64,000 bases of DNA from Octopus vulgaris (Eukaryota), in the NCBI GenBank assembly GCA_951406725.2, contig OX597815.1, forward strand, positions 10,850,001-10,914,000. The letters are read 5' to 3'. The stretch's first letter is position 1. The number at the start of each line of letters is the position of its first letter. Shown one piece after another: positions 49,625-64,000 of the stretch. Under the pieces are notes generated by a model. It was not told the origin of the DNA and ran no database searches. It saw only the letters and a list, made by a program, of their open reading frames with translations. The position numbers were made by a program, and so were the translations under genes.

Positions 49625-50555
49625 GTATGTATATGTTTGTGTGTCTGTGTTTGTCCACCCAACATCGCTTGACAACCGATGCTGGTGTGTTTACGTCCCC
49701 GTAACTTAGCGGTTCGATTAAAGAGACCGATAGAATAAGCACTAGGCTTACAGAGAATAAGGCCTGGGGGTCAATTTGCTTGACTAAAGGCGGTGCTCCA
49801 GCATGGCCGCAGTCAAATGACTGAAACATGTAAAAGAATAAAATGGTTGTCATGCGTGCTAAAAATAGCAGCCAAATAGGCCTAGGCCTTAAATCCCACT
49901 CCACTACAAATGTTCTCTTTTTTTTTTTTTGCATAATCGTATGAAATCACGTTTATAGAATTCAAATTCACAAGAATTTTCTGAAAACTCCGAAAAATAA
50001 AAAAAAGTTATGAGGGGTTATTCTGTCTTGCGTAATTCTTTGGTGCAGTCACGCACAAAATGATAGCTTTGAAATCGTGTTTCTTGAACTGGGTGAAAAT
50101 GATCAAATTTCAAACCGCTATAACTTTTTAAAAACACTTTTCTGGAAAAAGTTGAATAACTCCAGCAATTTAGCTTGGAAAGATACATTAATGTGCCAAA
50201 TTCTAAAACCTTCGATAAACTTTAATTTTTGAAATGCTGGCAACCAAACGAACCGTATTTGCTCCAGCAAAGACGTGTCATCTGACTGCTCTATTGAATT
50301 CTTCACTTTGGGAATATCATATTGTCTTTCTGATGCCGTCTGTAGAAATTCGTTTTCACATTTTCATTTACTGAAAATTTGTCAACAGTAGGCGTAGGAG
50401 TGGCTGTGTGGTAAGTAGCTTGCTTACCAACCACATGGTTTCGGGTTCAGTTCCACTGCGTTGCACCTTGGGAAAGTGTCTTCTGCTATAGCCTTGGGCT
50501 GACCAAAACCTTGTGAATGGATTTGGTAGACGGAAACTGAAAGAAGCCCGTCGTA

Positions 50556-50589
<34 letters not shown>

Positions 50590-51344
50590 TATATGTTTGT
50601 GTGTCTGTGTTTGTCCCCCCAACATCGCTTGACAACCGATGCTGGTGTGTTTATGTCCCCGTTACCTAGCGGTTCGGCAAAAGATACCGATAGAATAAGT
50701 ACTAGACTTCCAAAGAATAAGTCCTGGGGTCGATTTGCTCGACTAAAAAGGCGGAGCTCCAGCATGGCTACAGTCAAATAACTGAAACAAGTAAAAGAGT
50801 ACAGTAGTGATTATTTATCGTTTGGATTTATTCTCTCTCCTCAGAACTGTCAGTTACCAATGTGCCTGCTTTGCTATCAAACATTGACCAATGAAGCAAT
50901 GAAATTTTCACGCTTGAAGCATCACTTTGAAGCAAAGCATTCTGACAAGAAGGACAAACCATTATCGTACTTTTTGCAACCGAGCTCCTCTTTCAAAAAG
51001 CAAATACAAACATTCAACACGCTACTCCAGGAAACTAGTAAACAGGAGGATGACTGGCTGATTGCATCATACAACATTGTACTGCTTGTTGCTAAGTCTG
51101 GGAAATCTCCCACAATTAGAGAAACATTACTTCACCCAATTATCGAAGAGGTTTTGTCAACCATTATGCACGAAAAATTCCGATAACATTATGAAGATCC
51201 CACTTAGTAATAACACAATTTCTCGACGCATCGATGAAATGGCCGACGATGTCAAACATCAGCTCATTAATATTCTCCAGCGTTCTGAATTTTCTATACA
51301 AGTGGATGAGTCAACTGTTGTGGACAGTCAATGTTTGATGATGG

Positions 51345-52758
51345 TGTAGGGAAATACGACCGCACGTAAGGAGTTGGTGACAAATGTCTCCTTTTGAACG
51401 CCGCACGGTCGCCTCTAACAATAAAAAGCCAAATCTTTATATATAAAAGTGAAGTTGTGTGTCTGTCTCCTACGATTTAGATTCCTAACTACTCCCACAT
51501 TTTGCGGTGCAGTGTAACCAAAAGCGGGTATCTTATAGTCGTGATTCATATCGAGCCCGTCTGGGTATTAGCGCGCGTCTACGATGAGTCTACGATTTAA
51601 AAAAAACATTACCATCACTTTTTCCCATTTTTAATGCATTTTTTTGCTATTTTATAAGGGAAGTAACTCTCTAAAAATGTATTATTAAATCTCAGAACGT
51701 AAAAAGCTACAGTAACACCCCCTTTGTGGTTAGCCATATTGAGATGGCTATTATACTTTACATCTCTAAAAATGCTTATATAGTTATTTCCCTTACAAAC
51801 CCGATCAACGCCGGGCGATACTGCTCGTACATAATACAAATAGGTGCCAAGGGAATAAATGAAGGACAGCAACCGTTCTACTGTTTGAGAGAGAAGAAGA
51901 CTTTATTTACAAAAGTATACAAAGAGAGTGTGTGTGAGTGCTAGCGAAGTGTAGTGTCTGTGTGCATGCGACATGTGTTTGGTCTGTGTGTTCGTGTGTG
52001 CGACAGAGGTGTATGCGTATACAACAGAATACAGAATACAGAATGCAGAGCATAAGATAAGTCTCTCAGCATATTGAGTTAAGATGGAATTTGTTTACCA
52101 GTTCGTAAGTGAGGTACACGATAGCAAGAGTTCTGCAACAAGATGTTGAGGGTCACGAGGCAGAGGCCGGTTGGGGAACATGTCTTGCAGCAGTTTGGGC
52201 CTCAATGCCGTGCCGAGTCTCTTGATACAGAAAGTTCTTTCAGGTAGACTGCAACTGTTTTACCTCGGTGAACTACTCACAAACTATTCAGCGTGGAGTT
52301 TAGACCTGGACAATGTTGATGTGTACATATTTGAAGTGGACGGTGGTAATGCCGACGGTAGTGGTGACGTCTTGCGCTGCTGGTGTAATTAGCGTCGTCA
52401 TGGCTGGCTGGTCGTCTGTCGTTGGAACTGGAACACGGCTGAGTATTTCTGTGGTCAGTGACTAGACCTTAGAAGGTCTAGAGCCAAAGACCCGGAATAG
52501 TGAATGCTGGTCTTTTTTATAGCCTTTAGGTGGCTCAAATGAAGGAACAGAAAAACAGTGTCACGAGATCTTATCCAAAGGCTGTGATTGGTTGGCCTAC
52601 ACACTGGCGCGAAATAAGTCGAAAGACAAACTGCGCCAAATGCCAACGAATCAGAGCAGTGGAAACAACAGAGTCAAACTAGCCAAAGATGGTTCTAAAC
52701 TACCACGAGATTATTCCTAATATGTCTCTCAAACAGTGAGGATATCAATCACGCTACA
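51345..52758. mobile_element. Solo LTR (or LTR-like element) inserted in the hAT transposase
   Basis: TGTAG...CTACA termini with 4-bp TSD ATGG (51341-51344, 52759-52762). Removing it restores the transposase reading L-M-M-V-Y-V-R-Y-F. Confidence 0.85.
51434..51827 (+). mobile_element. Non-autonomous Helitron family 1 nested in the solo LTR
   Basis: Near-identical to 21124-21515; a|TC start, hairpin, CTCG|t end (mutated CTAG). Confidence 0.8.
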
Positions 52759-55438
52759 ATGGTATATGTTCGGTATTTCTCCTTGTGAAGAGATGCTGTT
52801 CACAGAAAAATTGCCGCTTGATTCAAAAGGTGCAACTATTTTTCACACTCTCAAGTCTTTCCTTTTTTAACATAATATCACACTTTGTAATATTCTTGCC
52901 TGTGTATCAGATGGAGCCCCTTCGATGGTAGGAAGATACAGGGGTTTTTCATCTCTCCTAAAGAGTGAAATTTCCTACCAGAACTAACTGTTCATTGCCT
53001 GGCACACTGACAGCATTTAGTGGCAAAAAATATGAACAATAGATTGAATGATGCGCAACAGTTAGTTATCAAGACTGTGAGCAAATTGAAGTCCAGTCCC
53101 TTGTCTGATCGAATTTTTGGTCAATTCTGTTTGAAAAATGATGAGGACCATACTAAACTCTTATAGCATACCGAAGTGCGGTGGCTGTCAAAAGGACACT
53201 GTGTTTTATGCTTTGTTCAACTGTTTCATATAATCATATCTTTCTTTGAAGATACTCCACTATCTGCTTCATTGATGACTGCAAGGTGCGATATCTTTTT
53301 TTTTTTTTGTGATGTACTCACAAAATTAAATGATAGAAATAAGTTATTGCAAAGAAACAGAAAAACTCTCTTTGATTGTAAATCATTTATCACTACTTTC
53401 ATTTCGAAAGTTTAAGACTAACATTTCAAAACGTCAATTCCATCGATTTCCAGAACTTGATTCTTTGAAAGATGAATTGGTTGATGAGCATTTAACTACA
53501 CATCGCAACTATTTACAATCATTGCGCGATAACATAGTGGTACGGTTTCAAGATGTTATTGCGCTGAATATTCCAAATTAGTTTAGCAATCCGTTTGAGG
53601 TCGATGCAGTCGATTGCAAGGATGATGTGTAGGAGAAATTGGTAAAATTACAAAATGACGCCACAATGCGATAACGCTGTAATGGCAAAGAAGATTTGTG
53701 GTACCATCAGAGTATATCGAATTCCTACCCCAATCTGTGGGAACATCTGAAATTACTTTTGCTTGCCTTCCCTACCTCGTACCTGGTTGAATCTGGTTTT
53801 AACCATGTTGGAACTTAGTTTTCCCATAAAAGAATTGGACTGGATGTGATACGACGAAGAGACTTGTAGCTGAAGCTGACAAGTTTGAAACCGAATGTAT
53901 CTGCACTAGCTTCATCGCACCAGACACATGGTTCTAATTAAAAAATTTATTATTTCCCCTTATAATACAATCATTAATTATTTTTGTATCATTAGTTCTG
54001 ATCAATGCATCTGAAAGTTTAATATCCCGCATTAAAATTGATTTAATCTCTTGTATTTGTCAGTGTATCCTTGCTTTTGTATGTGTTACACCAGTCTGCA
54101 CTATGTACTGTCATGAAATCTTACAGTGCATTTCCAAGTTTAATATTCCGCATTAAAATTGATTTAATCTTTATCCGTTTGTATTGTTTTTCCTTTTGTT
54201 TACATCGTGTACATGCCTCGTTATGGGTTAGAGCTATGGCTTAGAATTAAGATTATATTTCTTTACTACCCACAAGGAGCTAAACATAGAGGGGACAAAC
54301 AAGGACAGACAAACGGATTAAGTCGATTATATCGACCCCAGTGCGTAACTGGTACTTAATTTATCGACCCCGAAAGGATGAAAGGCAAAGTCGACCTCGC
54401 CGGAATTTGAACCCAGAACGTAACGGCAGACGAAATACGGCTACACATTTTGCCAGGCGTGCTAACGTTTCTGCCGGCTCGCCGCCTTATGGCTTAGAAT
54501 TAGGATTAGATAGCATACTAAAGTGTAAATGGCCAGGCACACCGTATGCTAAAGTGGCGCTAAAGATTAACTGTGACAGATTACCATCCAGAAATTAAGT
54601 CATGAATGGGTTAGCAGCGTCAACACACTTTACTTCACATTTCTATGTTTCTGAGGGCAATAAAATAAAATACTAGATAAATAAATACTGGGTCAATATA
54701 GTTGACTTATTGTGTCCTCCTATATAATTTCTTGCTTTGTGCTTTTGTTAGAAATTCTTGTTAGTACAGTTATTTAGTGCGAGCAAGAGAAAAAATGGTG
54801 TTCAGAGAACAATTGCAGGCTTTCCCAAACTGTTAATGTGAATGTAGCTGATGATTTTTTAAAAACTTTTGTAAGTTAATGTCTGAAGAAAATGTGATTC
54901 CTTGTAGAGGTTGCCATTCCGGAGAGAAATGATTGGATAAAATATTTAGTATAAGATTTGAGCTGTGAGACATGTTAATCATCATTGTTCGACCGTGGTC
55001 GAGACAATGGAATTTACTATGCTACGCCAGACTTCACGGTCCATCATAGCATTATGGAGGTCCTGTTGCTGGATGCCTGTATCCCTGGATACATGTTAAA
55101 GATGATGATGTGGGCTCAGTTTGATATAGTATACAACTTGTTAATACAGAGGAATAACAGGGGCTATTGCTTTTTTTATTCTTTAGTTTTTTTTCTGTGT
55201 TTTATTTGAATAATTTGGCTGAACGAAAGGGCTGTATCCTTGGCTTTTACATTCCTTCTGAGACGAAAGACGAGAGCTGTGCCTATGGTCTTTACAGGCT
55301 ACTCAAAAACTGGTAAGATCGACATAGTTGATCTTGAATAATATCATGTTGATGGCTACAGAAGAAAAAAAAATGGGCAAGGAAGGAACTTCACAAGGCT
55401 GGCAATCTGGTAAGAAAGAATTGAAAACAGGTTAATGC

Positions 55439-55627
55439 TTAGCTTGCAGGTGAAATACAACCCACGTGAACTTTGAACTCCTCGTCGCCAGATGCTGTAA
55501 CGCGGTTGTATCCATTACGATAACGAGATAACAATACAGCAACATTAACAACGTAACAATCCAATAATGTCTCATGAACATAACACGAACTTCTATAAAC
55601 CATATATACTCTCTTGGTTCCCTTCAT
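55439..55627 (-). mobile_element. Highly decayed non-LTR reverse transcriptase fragment
   Basis: SRYRNGYNRV...EEFKVHVG resembles the RT segment preceding the QG motif (Y....S.V.....SEEF.V.VG). Confidence 0.4.
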
Positions 55628-56086
55628 TCCTCACACGAAGGTATCGTGACTCCCATCACAATACTGAGATTGTAAGAAGTTACTTGTGGTTACTAACTCT
55701 GGTCTTGAAGGTGTATCCTGTTCTGCCGACATATTTCCATTTATATATTCTTATGGTTCTGTTAGTGATGTCGTTACTGCTGGAAACCAACTCTGCCTGC
55801 TACGGGCATTTATATGAACAAAAGACAAGCATCAAATACATAAATTCTTTATTTCTTTTTAATCTTTTTCTTTTTACTTGCTTCAGTCATTTGACTGTGA
55901 CCATGCTGGAGCACCGCCTATAGTCGAGCAAATCGACCCCAGGACTTATTCTTTGTAAGCCTAGTGTTTATTCTAGCAGTCTCTTTTGCGTAACCGCTAA
56001 GTTACGGTGACGTAAACACACCGGCATCAGTTGTCAAGCGATGTTGGTGGAGGGGACAAACAAACACACAAATACATACACACACA

Positions 56087-56157
<71 letters not shown>

Positions 56158-56525
56158 GACGGGCTTCGTTCAGCTTCCGTCTACCAAATCCACTCACAAG
56201 GTTTTGGTCGGCCCGAAGCTATAGCAGGAGATACTTGCACAAGGTGCCACGCAGTGGGACTGAACCCGGAACCATGTGGCTGGTAAGCAAGCTACTTACC
56301 ACACAGCCACTCCTACGCCTATTTATTAAAATTATCTTCAATTGTAGAAGTATCCCAATTACCAAATGGTTATCGATTAGCATATTCAACATTCAAATAC
56401 ACCAGAACATATTAAGACTAAAGTTATCATTTTGATTCTCGCTGTTCATTGTGTACACGAGGATTTATAATCATTTGAGAGATACCAGTACCCTCTGTCA
56501 CTTTTGTGACCTCTATTAACTTTGC

Positions 56526-56606
<81 letters not shown>

Positions 56607-56607
56607 G

Positions 56608-56646
<39 letters not shown>

Positions 56647-56690
56647 AATTTTTAAGTTCTAATTGCTAATAAGCTACCCTCTTTAATTTG

Positions 56691-56722
<32 letters not shown>

Positions 56723-56774
56723 TGTATGTATGTATGTATGTATATATGTATATATATGCATATAGGAGTATATA

Positions 56775-56815
<41 letters not shown>

Positions 56816-57364
56816 GCATATATGAGTACAGAACGTCACCAACAGTAAACAACATGAAATACGAAAACAAATGAGTTAAATACGCATACAATGAGAGATA
56901 AAAATGGAAAACAGGACAAGTAACACGGATAACGGCCCTTCATCAATTGTCAGCTGTCTATCTGCTCCTCATTTCGAGCATTCAACGACAATATGAGTCT
57001 TCAAAGACAGTTGCTCCCATAACTTCCAAAATAAATTATGGATTTTATGGAGGGTCAAAGTTGGGAGCAAAAACAGGACAGTGGAGACATACAAGGAAAC
57101 CGAACGAAAACAGACGTGGAGGGTCGTTAGATCAGATCGAGGGGAAAATAGTTAACGCTGAGAGAAATATTTTCTTTGAAAATAGAAAAGATAGAAGAGA
57201 GATAGAAAGGAGACGTCCAGTGCTTAGAATGTCAGTGCAGGAAAAGAACGATGGACGATGGTTACATGTAAGCAACAGGAAAGAGAAAAAGAGAAAGAGG
57301 GATAGAGAGAGATAGAGAACGGTGAAGGGGAGAAAAAGAGAGGGTAGGATGGGGGAGAAAACAG

Positions 57365-59244
57365 TATGAATGATGCAGGTCGTTCAGATTGCATAGTTAT
57401 CTTCCTCTGTAGTAACTCCCCTTCCTGCTATTCTTCATTGCAGGCGAATAATGGGCTGGAAACAAAAGCGTTGCACCGTCTTTGAGTTCTTCACGAAGGC
57501 AGGGGTGCAGACTGTCCATCAAACACAGGTTATAGGTTGATTATGCAGATGACATCTTTGACAATTTTGACAAAAGCAATGTACACAGAAAAAAAAAGTT
57601 TACCCAAGGGACAAGGAACATTGAACATGAACCACACAATGGGAGACTGTCAGATGTGACACGAATCTCTACCGAGTGGACGAATTGATTCGCGCTGACA
57701 GACGAGTCACAGTCCATGATTTTTCTGCATTGTTGGACTGTTGCCCATAATGCAAAACAAAGATGATGGAAGATCTTGGGTGTCGGAAAGGGTGTGCAAA
57801 CGGGCAGACAGTCAATTTGAAGAAAAAGATGGAAGCCTGCTCTGATCTACTGCAAGCATTTGAAACAAATGATGACCCATGTTGCTTTTTCTGATCGAAT
57901 GACAGGGGATGGTCTTGAAACGACGTCATACCTATTTCTTTACGACCCACAAGGGGCGAAACACAGAGAGGACATACAAGGACAGACAAAGGGATTAAGT
58001 CGTTTATATCGACCCCAGTGCGTAACTGGAACTTATTTAATCGACCCCAAAAGGATGAAAGGCAAAGTCAACCTCGGCGGAATTTGAACTCAGAGCATGT
58101 AGGCGGACGAAATACCTATTTCTTTACTACCCACAAGGGGCTAAACACAGAGAGGACAAACAAGGACAGACAAACGGATTAAGTCGATTATATCGACCCC
58201 CAGTGCGTAACTGGTACTTAATTTATCGACCCCGATAGGATGAAAGGCAAAGTCGACCTCGGCGGAATTTGAACTCAGAACGCAGCGGGAGACGAAATAC
58301 CGCTAAGCATTTCGCCCGACGTGCTAACGATTCTGCCAGCTCGCCGCCTTAAACGAGACCTTCGAAGACCGAAGTGGAGAAGGGTTCCGTGCCAACGGCG
58401 GTCGAGCACGGGTCAGTCGGTCCTAAGAAGCGGGCGAAAGCTTCCACGAAAGGCGCCGGGTCCGTCGAACAACGAAAACGTCATACTACTTCTCAAAGAC
58501 TTCAGAAGTTTGAGAGCAAGCGACCGTTATGGAAAGTCATGGGGACTGTTTTGGGAGATAACAAGGGGTTCATTCTCCTTAATTTTCTGGAATGTAGCTA
58601 TATCATAAGTGGGAAACGGTGCATTAAAACAGTCAAAAATCTAAGAGAAGACATTAGGAGAGAGCGACCGACCAAAAATTGAAAATGATTGACATTCATT
58701 GTATCAATGTGTGACCACACGCATCTTTGACAAAAATTAGGCAATAGGTAAATTGGAGTGAGCAGTTGTCCTCCATTCACTCACAGAACAGACCGGATCT
58801 GGTGCACTCCGACTCCTACGTGCTCGGTCCAATGAAGAATAGCCTTCTCAGACGACGATTTGCATGGCCAGGCAAAAATTGGGCAATCGAGAATTGGGAC
58901 TGGTCACTGGCCTTCTAGCCGCAGGACAGACCGAATCTGGTGTCCGCCAACTTACAAATGTGAAGGCAGCCTTCCTATGAAGACAGCCTTCAGAGACATC
59001 GATTTGATAGCACAGATGCGAAAATAACAGCTGTGAAGAAGTGGGTACAATAGTGTATGTTTGAATATTTTCAAAGGGGAATCGGGAATTGAATTCAAAT
59101 GATGGCGTAGAGACATCGCGTGTGAAAAAGTTATGTAGTACTTTAATATAAGTAAAAAACTTTTTTTTTTATTGACATGTGCAATTTGAGTGACCATTAA
59201 TGAGAAAATTACGTCTATTTTGTATTACTTTCAGAAGAAACATT

Positions 59245-59245
<1 letters not shown>
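57365..59245 (+). mobile_element. Fossil mariner transposase interrupted by a SINE B dimer (57930-58350, -)
   Basis: RVDELIRADRRVTV; KVMGTVLGDNKGFILLNFL...LREDIRRERP; degenerate HDNARPH-like (~58700-58720) and PDL-SD (~58790-58815) segments. Many lesions. Confidence 0.75.
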
Positions 59246-62270
<3,025 letters not shown>

Positions 62271-62885
62271 TATACAATACAACTCTGTGGTCTGATTACA
62301 CACTCCGCTAAATATCAACTTGAGTGCGTGCATGTATTATTTCATCCGTTTCTTTTGTTTCAGTCGTTTGACTGTGGCCATACTGGAGCACCGTCTTGAA
62401 AGACTTTTTGTCGAAGAAATTGATTCCAGGACTTTATAAGCCTAGTACTTATTCTATCTGTCTCTTTTGCCGAGCCATTAAGTTGAGGGGACGAAAACAC
62501 ACCGACATCGGTTGTCAAGCGATGGTGGGAGGATAAACAGACACAAAGACACACACATGAATATACAAATATATATATATATATTCGACAGGCTTCTTTC
62601 AGTTTCCGTCTACCAAATCCACTCACAAGGCATTGGTCGTCTCAAGGCTTATTGCAGAAGGCACTTGCTGAAAGTGCCACGCAGTGGGACTGAACTCGGA
62701 ACTATGCAATTGGTAAGCTAGCTTCTTACCTCACATACATATATTTTCCACTAGTAAATCTAATCGCCTTTTAAGCATACGCTTTATATATATACGTCAG
62801 TAATAGCTTACTCAATGGTAATGCCTTCCCTGTTTATTGCAAAAATATAATTTCTTTCACAAATAAATTGCAATTCATATTCGAA

Positions 62886-62964
62886 GCTCCGATGAAGCTG
62901 TAAGATGTTATTCAGGCATTCAGTTATGAGTCTGCTTCATCCTACAGCATAAACAGTTGTAAGC
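62886..62964 (+). ncRNA. Degenerate type I hammerhead-like motif with long stem II
   Basis: GCT-CCGATGA-A-GCTGTAAGATG...CATCCTACAGC-A-TAAA-C AGTT G-T-A-AGC. GAAA is mutated to TAAA. Confidence 0.4.
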
Positions 62965-63031
62965 CAGTGAAATTCATAACATAACCATCGTTTTCCTTGT
63001 GTCAGCTCGTTGTCTTACACACACGAACGCG

Positions 63032-63062
<31 letters not shown>

Positions 63063-63107
63063 AATTATAGGCTAAGCTGTCAAACTGAGTGCAGAATTAT
63101 CATAATA

Positions 63108-63500
63108 CTAGCAGTATCGTCCGGTGCTTCTCGAGTTTGTTTCGACCCTTTAGAATTGGAATTTTTGAAAAGTAAAAATTTTCCCTTATGTAGCTTGTTA
63201 TTCTCTTTAAGAGAACATTTTTCTGGTTGAAATACACCGATAAATGTCAACACAGCAGTCAAAAAATCGTAAAAAATAGGGATTTTCATAGTAAAAAAGC
63301 ACCTTTTTGATGTAAATAATTTTTGGTGTTAACATGGCCCGATTTGAATTTTTTCTTCTACGGAAGGAAGAGCAAGCCTTCTTCTATCATACTCTCAATT
63401 TTGGCCAACTTGCGCCGCAGGGTCTTCGGAGGAGATAGTGTTAGTTGAAGGCTACCAAACCTGCCACACAGACAATTTCAGCTTTATATATAGAGAGAGA
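63108..63500 (-). mobile_element. Non-autonomous Helitron family 2
   Basis: Reverse-complement homolog of 38708-39105 with TC and CTAG ends in an A|T site. Confidence 0.75.
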
Positions 63501-63909
63501 TTACATTAATAACTTCTGCAATTAAGATTTACAGCAGAATGATGCTCAGTTGCATCCAACCAGAGCTCGAGAAAATTATTCGCAGTAACTGGGTTCGATT
63601 CACAGAAAGAATGATTGAGGTGTCTGTGCCAAAGCGTTCCAGTCATTCTGTTAATCTTGAATTTCTGCATAAGTATATTTCTCAATTTACGCAGCAAATT
63701 CTACTCCTTATGAAACTACTAAAAAAAAAAAAATAAATAAATAAGGCGCAGGAGTGGCTGTGTGGTAAGTAGCTTGCTAACCAACCACATGGTTCCGGGT
63801 TCAGTCCCACTGCGTGGCATCTTGGGCAAGTGTCTTCTGCTATAGCCCCGGGCCGACCAATGCCTTGTGAGTGGATTTGGTAGACGGAAACTGAAAGAAG
63901 CCTGTCGTA

Positions 63910-63948
<39 letters not shown>

Positions 63949-64000
63949 ATGTGTGTTTGTGTGTCTGTGTTTGTCCCCCTAGCATTGCTTGGTAACCGAT

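Larger units (their letters stand above)
50360..53941 (+). mobile_element. Fossil hAT Buster/Charlie-type transposase (ZBED5/SCAND3-like), pseudogenised and interrupted
   Basis: BED finger (DYLSFGF..PMCLLC..L.NEAMK.SRLKHHFEAKH), PLSNNTISRRIDEM, FSIQVDEST, SDGAPSMVG, HCLAH, EVRWLSKG, LAFPTSYLVESGF, terminal HQTHGSN*. Multiple stops and frameshifts. Confidence 0.9.

Noticed and set aside
50860-53941. Domesticated ZBED/SCAND3-like host gene
   Set aside because: Numerous stops, frameshifts and TE insertions in the ORF, with no splice sites that bypass them.

Overview
AT-rich, repeat-dense eukaryotic (animal) DNA. The SINE/RTE/microsatellite landscape resembles octopus or another coleoid cephalopod (inference). 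Two convergent spliced genes were reconstructed by hand, with GT-AG introns and consistent phases. (1) On +, the 3' part of a glycoside hydrolase family 3 (beta-xylosidase-like) gene: 9 clean exons from 7931 to the stop at 28490, plus one upstream exon scrambled with SINE sequence at ~4370-4600. (2) On -, a complete 6-exon, 336-aa CLYBL (citramalyl-CoA lyase / CitE-like) CDS, 44323->30856. The rest is mobile DNA: tRNA-derived SINEs (including head-less tandem multimers), RTE and CR1-like LINE 3' ends, a Gypsy integrase remnant, mariner and hAT fossils, MITEs with TIRs and TSDs, non-autonomous Helitrons, and a hAT>solo-LTR>Helitron nest. The most notable signal is a set of minimal type I hammerhead-ribozyme-like motifs from three unrelated short repeat families, all sharing a non-canonical CCGAYGA (U4C) core; one lies in sense orientation in the last CLYBL intron. 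Repeat boundaries are approximate unless a TSD is quoted.
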